This document shows, piece by piece, positions 57,961-64,000 of a stretch of 64,000 nt of DNA. Every line of letters starts with the position of its first letter. The stretch's first letter is position 1. The DNA comes from Prevotella sp. Its GTDB lineage: Bacteria > Bacteroidota > Bacteroidia > Bacteroidales > Bacteroidaceae. Under the pieces are notes generated by a model. The model saw only the letters and a list, made by a program, of their open reading frames with translations. It was not told where the DNA came from and made no database searches. The stretch covers positions 6,300 to 70,299 of the forward strand of contig JAFZAE010000144.1 of the NCBI GenBank assembly GCA_017548385.1, given 5' to 3'. Made by a program: the position numbers and the translations under genes.

Positions 57961-60924
57961 ATGAAAAACAAACTGATATACATAATCTTAACCCTATGCC
58001 TCGCAATAGATGTATGGGGACAAGGAGAAGAGAGTGCTGTTGAATTTACAGCCCTCACAGAGGAAGGTGTGAATATGCTTTTCACCGTTATCGATGATGA
58101 ATTGAAAACTTGTATGGTGGGAAGTGAAAGTGAAACACCTATGACGGCAATAGATCAATTATATGATGGTGCGATAACCATTCCAGAGACTGTAGAGGGG
58201 TATACCGTCACGAAAATCGCTGGAAGAGCCTTTCAGGGATGTGAGATTACAGATGTGACCATACCTGCTTCCATTAATGCCATTGGTGACTATGCTTTCG
58301 CATGTGATGGACTTAATACTGTCACTTTCTATGGAAGATACCCTTTACGCATCACAGAGACAACATTCTATTATCGTTCTGATGCCACGCTTTATGTGCC
58401 AGTAGGATGCAGCGAAGATTTTATGGAGGCAATGTATTGGAAAGACTTTGGACTAATTTTGGAGATAATGGTCCAACCAGAACCTTACGTGATTCTCTCT
58501 GATGATGGCAAAACCCTGACTTTCCGGTATGACACCGGCAAACTTGATTATGACGGTGATAATTGTTTTGGAATCCCAGAGGAATTTGAGGAACCACAAT
58601 GGCAAAATGCTACGGCATCTGTTACCACGGTGGTTTTTGAACCGGCATTTGAAAATGCAAGACCTACCACTACAGCGTCTTGGTTTGCTGGTATGGAGAA
58701 TCTGTCTGTCATTTCAGGAATGGAAAACCTCAATACCTCAGAGGTGACCACCATGAGTTATATGTTTCAAGGTTGTAAGTCACTGAGAACTATTGACTTG
58801 AGATTTGTGAATACAGTGGTGGTAGAGCAGATGGACTATATGTTCAGTAACTGTTCGAGTTTGAAGACCATAGACTTGAGCAATTTCAATACAGCATATA
58901 ACACTACTTTCTACCGAATGTTCAATGGGTGTACAGCTTTGGAGAATCTGATACTAGGTCCAAATTTTGACACACGAAACATCGAATTCTTCTCTTTCAT
59001 GTTTGCGGGTTGTACTAGTCTGACTGAACTTGACTTCTCGTCTTTCTATTTTAATGAGAGAACTCGGTCGGTGGATATGCTCAGTGGATGTTCGGCACTA
59101 AAAACTTTGGTCATTTCAGCATCAATGGATAGACTGGACAATACGGCTTGCGAAGGAGTGGGCACACAGGAGTATCCATGTGCCATTATCGCTCCTGAGG
59201 AATTCGATTTCGGTGTGGATGCCACAGGAGCTTGTTTCGAATGGAAAAACGGATGGTTTTGCGTTGGCAATCCCACGCCATATGCTGTTTTCAACAACGA
59301 TGTGCTTACATTCTATTATGATAATCTGAGAAAGACACGCAATGGGACTACATACGATATCAATGAATGGGATGAGGCGTGTATCACTTCAACCCGTAGC
59401 GTGGTCTTCGACAAATCTTTTACTGCCTATCAGCCTACTTCTACAAGCCGTTGGTTCCAGGGAATGAAAAATCTTACCACGTTTGTCTATATTGAGAACC
59501 TGAATACGTCTCTGGTGCAGAATATGGACTATATGTTCTACGACTGCTCGATGCTGACCGATTTAGACTTGTCGAGTTTTGATACTAGGAATGTGGGAGG
59601 TGTCAGCCAGAGCTTTGCAGATGAATACACGGGGGGCGATGATGGCACAACACTCTATACCACTTATTTGTGTGAGGGATATGGAATGAAAAGCATGTTT
59701 GACGGCTGTTCAAATCTCATCAATCTCAATGTCACATCCTTTATTACCTCCAACGTGCGAAATATGAGTTATATGTTCAATGGGTGTTCTAAACTGGAAA
59801 ATATCGACTTGTCATCATTCAATACGGTAAATGTGGTGGATATGACAGGAATGTTCAAGGGATGTGCGAAACTGGAACGTCTTGATTTATCAGGTTTTAA
59901 TATCAGCAGCGTTGGTAGTCATCCCATGGGTGAACAATATGAAGAGGAGGAGGTCGAAATTATCGAACATGCGATAGAGGGCGAGGAATCGTTCGTGGAA
60001 TATCGTTCATACTCGTTTGTGCCAGGAGAGACAAGCTTGATGATGGATGGATGCTCAAGTCTGAGTGAACTGAGAGTTTCAACGAGTATGGCACAATTGG
60101 CAGAGAATGCTTGCCAGAATGTCGGAACAGAAGAACTTCCCTGTGTCCTTTTTGTACCTGATGATTTTGATTTTGGGGAAATGGAAATCACTGAAGATCT
60201 TTTCACCTGGAAATCAGGCAAGTTCTGCATTGGTGCAAGAAAATCTACTGTAAGTATTGCTGAGGTCAGAATTACAAGAGGTGCATTAGCAGATGTTGTT
60301 GTTGCGCTCAACAATGGAAAGAACGAATACAACGCCTTCCAGTTTGATATAACCCTGCCCGAAGGAGTGGATTTAATGAAGGAAAATCGTCAGTACGTCT
60401 ATTGGCTCACCAATAGATATAGCAAGAGTGGATGTTCTGTGATGATAAATGAATTGGAGGAGCACACTTATCGCATAGCCCTCTACTCGCTCAATAACGT
60501 GACTATCACAGGCAAAGAAGGACCCATTCTCATTCTCCGACTGAAGGCTTCAGAAGAGATGGGAGATGAAGAGTTGGAAGGCTTGATGGAGAACATCGTC
60601 TTTAATGGTGATGGCAATACTAGCGACTATATCGATCCTGTAACGTTCGGTATTGTCACCAATTCTTACCAGATGGGCGATGTGGATCATAGTGGTAGCG
60701 TGACGATAGCAGATGTAGTAAGTCTTGTGAACTATATCATAGGCATTACTCCCTATCCTTTCTATTTGGAAAATGCAGATATGAATTTCGATAGGGTGAC
60801 GAATATCTCAGATGTGATGTCGGTTGTGGGAGTGGTCATTCAGGGCAATCCAAACAATGCCCCACAACGACCTAGAACTATTGAGAGAAAGGAATCCGTC
60901 CCGTCATCGTTTAAGATACTATAG
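57961..60924 (+). CDS. BspA/DUF285-type leucine-rich-repeat surface protein with cohesin-like and dockerin-like C-terminal domains
   Basis: Signal peptide; NTS.V..M..MF..C..L..LDLS.F repeats in two blocks; FQFDITLPEG domain; paired GDVDHSGSVTIAD / ADMNFDRVTNISD loops. Confidence 0.85.
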   Translation: MKNKLIYIILTLCLAIDVWGQGEESAVEFTALTEEGVNMLFTVIDDELKTCMVGSESETPMTAIDQLYDGAITIPETVEGYTVTKIAGRAFQGCEITDVTIPASINAIGDYAFACDGLNTVTFYGRYPLRITETTFYYRSDATLYVPVGCSEDFMEAMYWKDFGLILEIMVQPEPYVILSDDGKTLTFRYDTGKLDYDGDNCFGIPEEFEEPQWQNATASVTTVVFEPAFENARPTTTASWFAGMENLSVISGMENLNTSEVTTMSYMFQGCKSLRTIDLRFVNTVVVEQMDYMFSNCSSLKTIDLSNFNTAYNTTFYRMFNGCTALENLILGPNFDTRNIEFFSFMFAGCTSLTELDFSSFYFNERTRSVDMLSGCSALKTLVISASMDRLDNTACEGVGTQEYPCAIIAPEEFDFGVDATGACFEWKNGWFCVGNPTPYAVFNNDVLTFYYDNLRKTRNGTTYDINEWDEACITSTRSVVFDKSFTAYQPTSTSRWFQGMKNLTTFVYIENLNTSLVQNMDYMFYDCSMLTDLDLSSFDTRNVGGVSQSFADEYTGGDDGTTLYTTYLCEGYGMKSMFDGCSNLINLNVTSFITSNVRNMSYMFNGCSKLENIDLSSFNTVNVVDMTGMFKGCAKLERLDLSGFNISSVGSHPMGEQYEEEEVEIIEHAIEGEESFVEYRSYSFVPGETSLMMDGCSSLSELRVSTSMAQLAENACQNVGTEELPCVLFVPDDFDFGEMEITEDLFTWKSGKFCIGARKSTVSIAEVRITRGALADVVVALNNGKNEYNAFQFDITLPEGVDLMKENRQYVYWLTNRYSKSGCSVMINELEEHTYRIALYSLNNVTITGKEGPILILRLKASEEMGDEELEGLMENIVFNGDGNTSDYIDPVTFGIVTNSYQMGDVDHSGSVTIADVVSLVNYIIGITPYPFYLENADMNFDRVTNISDVMSVVGVVIQGNPNNAPQRPRTIERKESVPSSFKIL

Positions 60925-63762
60925 AGGTAAGGAGGGAGAGTATAGATCTCTAAGAAACTGTGGAGTGTAGCCTTCTTGGCTCTTTGCTACTTCCTCGGGC
61001 GTGCCGGTGCTTAAAATGCGGCCACCATTGCGACCGCCTTCAGGACCCATATCAATGATATGGTCGGCAAGTTTGATGACATCCATGTTGTGCTCTATCA
61101 CAATTACTGTGTTACCGCGATCAACTAATTTGTTAAGCACATCCATCAGTATACGGATGTCCTCGAAATGTAGCCCAGTTGTAGGCTCGTCAAGGATGTA
61201 TAGTGTTTTTCCAGTGTCGCGCTTAGACAGTTCGGTAGCCAATTTCACTCGCTGGCATTCACCACCAGAGAGCGTAGTCGACGGTTGCCCTAGTTTAATA
61301 TACCCTAATCCAACATCCTGGATAGTTTTGATCTTGTGTAGAATGTTGGGTACATTTTCAAAAAATTCCACCGCTTGATTAATTGTCATGTCGAGGACAT
61401 CGGCAATTGACTTCCCCTTGTATCTTACCTCAAGCGTCTCGCGGTTATAGCGTTTGCCATGGCAGGCTTCGCAGTGCACCAAAACATCGGGTAGGAAATT
61501 CATCTCTATCGACTTGTAGCCATTGCCGCCGCAGACTTCGCAGCGGCCACCGCGCACATTGAAGGAAAAACGCCCCGGCTTGTATCCGCGAATCTTTGCC
61601 TCGGGAAGTCCCACAAATAGGCTGCGAATATCGCTGAAGACCCCCGTGTAAGTGGCAGGATTCGAACGTGGAGTCTTGCCAATGGGCGATTGGTCCACAT
61701 TCACTACTTTATCAATATGGCGAATTCCTTCTATCGTTTCGTAGGGCATAGGCTTCTTAAGCGACCGGTAGAAATGTTGTGAAAGAATGGGTTGGAGTGT
61801 CTCGTTGATGAGTGTCGACTTACCTGAACCGCTCACGCCTGTCACTACAATCAGTTTGCCTAATGGAAATTCCACATCGATGTGTTTTAAGTTATTTCCT
61901 GTGCAACCGCAAATACGGATATACTTGCCGTTGCCCTTGCGACGTGTGTCGGGAATAGGGATACTATGTTCACCATTTAGGTATTCACTGGTGATGGTGT
62001 GCTGATGGAGCATATCGTTGATAGTACCCTGGAACACCACCTCTCCACCACGACGGCCAGCCTTGGGACCGATGTCCACAATGTAGTCAGCCGCGAGCAT
62101 CATATCCTTATCATGCTCCACCACAATAACGGTATTGCCCAAGTCTCGAAGTTCCTTCAGACTGCTTATCAAGCGGGCATTGTCGCGCTGATGGAGACCG
62201 ATACTTGGCTCATCGAGAATATAGAGTACATTGACGAGTTGAGAGCCGATTTGTGTGGCGAGGCGTATGCGCTGACTCTCTCCACCAGAGAGGGATGCAG
62301 ATGGACGGTCGAGTGAGAGATAATCGAGGCCTACTTCCAAAAGGAAGTCGAGACGGGTGCGTATCTCTTTAAGTATTTCTGTTGCTATGGCTTTCTCCTT
62401 GGGGCGAAGGTGCTTCTCTGCATCGTCTAACCATTCGCGCAATTGGCTGATGTCCATGTGTGATGCCTCGCTGATATTTTTGTCCCAGATGCGGAAAGAT
62501 AGCGACTCTCGGCTCAAACGCTGCCCCTTACATTCAGGACATGCGCAGATGGCCAGGAATTGGTCTGCCCATTTCTGACCGCTCGCACTGTCATCGTTAT
62601 CCATCACTTGGCGAAGATACTTGATGATGCCATCGAAGGTGACAAAATAGTCGCTGGAGGTATGAACAAGTTCCTTGGCGATACGCACATCGCTGAGAGA
62701 ACCATAGAGAATCTCGTTGAGTGCCTCCTCAGGTATGTCGCTGACGGGGGTGTGGATATCAAGTTCGTATTTCTGGAGAATGGCATCAACTTGCCAGAAG
62801 ATCATTTGATTTCGCTGCTTGCCTAGGGGAACGATAGCTCCTTGTGCTATCGACAATGAGCGATCGGGAATCACCTTGTCCATATCAATCTCATTGATAA
62901 AACCTAGACCTTTGCAGCGTGGACAGGCTCCCTCTGGGGAATTGAATGAGAATCGGTTTGGGGCAGGGTCGGCATACGACATGCCGGTGGTGGGGCACAT
63001 CAGGCGCTTGGAATAGTTTTTCACGCTGCCATCTTCCTTGTCGAGAATCATCACAATGCCTTCGCCCTGACGCATAGCATTCTCGACACTACGGCGGAGA
63101 CGCTCATCATCTTTGCCTTGTACTTTCAATTTGTCGATAACCACTTCGATGTTGTGGTTCCTGTAGCGGTCTACCTTCATGCCGCGGGTAATTTCCACGA
63201 GCTCACCATCGACACGGGCATAAAGATAGCCCTTACGGCGCATACTCTCGAAAAGTTCACGATAGTGACCTTTTCGTTGGCGCACCATTGGGGCAAGTAT
63301 GTAGATGGGATGACTTTCGTAGCGTGTGAGAATCATCTCGAGCACCCGTTCTTCAGTGTATTTCACCATTTCCTCACCAGTATGGTAACTATAGGCGGTG
63401 GAAGCACGGGCCCATAGTAGACGGAGGTAGTCATAAATCTCTGTGGTAGTACCCACAGTGGAGCGGGGATTCTTGTTTGTCGTTTTCTGCTCGATGCTGA
63501 TGACAGGACTAAGACCCGTAATTTTGTCTACATCGGGACGGTTCATTCCGCCAAGAAAATTGCGGGCGTAGGCAGAGAAAGTCTCTATATAGCGACGCTG
63601 ACCCTCGGCATAGATGGTGTCGAAGGCTAATGATGACTTGCCAGAACCGGAAAGACCGGTTATGACGGTGAGGCTGCCGCGTGGAATCTCCACGTCGATG
63701 TTTTTCAGGTTGTGGACACGGGCTCCCCAGACACAGATTTTGTCGTCCTCGCGTCTCATCAT
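60919..63762 (-). CDS. uvrA: Excinuclease ABC subunit A
   Basis: GARVHNLKN, GLSGSGKSSLAFDT, two LSGGE signatures, zinc fingers and LDEPTTGLH. Confidence 0.98.
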   Translation of the reverse strand: MMRREDDKICVWGARVHNLKNIDVEIPRGSLTVITGLSGSGKSSLAFDTIYAEGQRRYIETFSAYARNFLGGMNRPDVDKITGLSPVISIEQKTTNKNPRSTVGTTTEIYDYLRLLWARASTAYSYHTGEEMVKYTEERVLEMILTRYESHPIYILAPMVRQRKGHYRELFESMRRKGYLYARVDGELVEITRGMKVDRYRNHNIEVVIDKLKVQGKDDERLRRSVENAMRQGEGIVMILDKEDGSVKNYSKRLMCPTTGMSYADPAPNRFSFNSPEGACPRCKGLGFINEIDMDKVIPDRSLSIAQGAIVPLGKQRNQMIFWQVDAILQKYELDIHTPVSDIPEEALNEILYGSLSDVRIAKELVHTSSDYFVTFDGIIKYLRQVMDNDDSASGQKWADQFLAICACPECKGQRLSRESLSFRIWDKNISEASHMDISQLREWLDDAEKHLRPKEKAIATEILKEIRTRLDFLLEVGLDYLSLDRPSASLSGGESQRIRLATQIGSQLVNVLYILDEPSIGLHQRDNARLISSLKELRDLGNTVIVVEHDKDMMLAADYIVDIGPKAGRRGGEVVFQGTINDMLHQHTITSEYLNGEHSIPIPDTRRKGNGKYIRICGCTGNNLKHIDVEFPLGKLIVVTGVSGSGKSTLINETLQPILSQHFYRSLKKPMPYETIEGIRHIDKVVNVDQSPIGKTPRSNPATYTGVFSDIRSLFVGLPEAKIRGYKPGRFSFNVRGGRCEVCGGNGYKSIEMNFLPDVLVHCEACHGKRYNRETLEVRYKGKSIADVLDMTINQAVEFFENVPNILHKIKTIQDVGLGYIKLGQPSTTLSGGECQRVKLATELSKRDTGKTLYILDEPTTGLHFEDIRILMDVLNKLVDRGNTVIVIEHNMDVIKLADHIIDMGPEGGRNGGRILSTGTPEEVAKSQEGYTPQFLRDLYSPSLPL

Positions 63763-64000
63763 GGATTGGTTGTAGAAGTTCCTCCTCCCCCTCCTTCTGT
63801 CTCACGATATCCGCGGAGCAGGTTCACGTCTCTGCGGATATGATATCTATGGCCATCTGCACCCTTGGCCACTACTTCAACAAAATAGACACCTTGTTTC
63901 ACGTCTTTTCCATTGTATGTACCATCCCAGCCTTCTTCTGCGGGATCGTGCCACTCATAAAGTTTTTGTCCCCATCGATTGTAGATGGTGGCATGAAACT
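63759..64000 (-). CDS. C-terminus of a protein with a gliding-motility-associated (T9SS type B) C-terminal domain, truncated by the window edge
   Basis: Manual translation FHATIYNRWGQKLYEW...GWDGTYNGKDVKQGVYF...VNLLRG...NP*; stop overlaps the uvrA ATG; not in the supplied ORF track. Confidence 0.85.
   Translation of the reverse strand, partial: FHATIYNRWGQKLYEWHDPAEEGWDGTYNGKDVKQGVYFVEVVAKGADGHRYHIRRDVNLLRGYRETEGGGGGTSTTNP

Noticed and set aside
4008-63762. mfd, uvrD/pcrA and uvrA in one window as a repair island
   Set aside because: They are about 25-30 kb apart in unrelated operons; co-location is plausibly chance
33-63805. Numerous 60-240 aa ORFs antisense to or nested within long genes
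   Set aside because: They have no recognisable motifs and overlap well-supported genes; treated as shadow ORFs

Overview
A 64-kb chromosomal stretch from a Bacteroidales genome, probably Prevotella-like, judged from TAnnTTTG -7 promoters, A-rich starts without Shine-Dalgarno sites and type IX secretion cargo with KxxxK-type C-terminal domains. It is mostly housekeeping: pyrC fragment, stand-alone MetH reactivation domain, plsC, mfd, trxB/gpx, pheT, yebC, lepA, lemA, mtaB, ilvE, trmB, ompA, mtgA, pcrA/uvrD, ileS, lspA and uvrA. An envelope/secreted-protein block sits at about 46.7-61 kb (padR-pspC, a 1381-aa T9SS cargo, M6 protease, YiiX-type amidase, BspA/LRR-dockerin protein). I saw no tRNA, rRNA, CRISPR array, transposase, integrase or phage gene. 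The items most worth following up are: (1) a promoter-to-terminator unit of about 400 nt at 28.8-29.2 kb with no credible ORF, a folded 5' domain and periodic AGATACTTCAT repeats; (2) two unlinked small peptides sharing an M-x(2)-Y-x-x-P ... acidic ... W architecture that resembles RiPP leader peptides but has no maturase nearby; (3) IleRS read in frame into the DksA/TraR-family gene, one nucleotide away from the normal two-gene arrangement; (4) a sRNA candidate of about 70 nt that is antisense to a generic translation-start sequence; and (5) several intergenic repeat families with non-random placement. All product calls come from motif recognition by eye; no database search was run.
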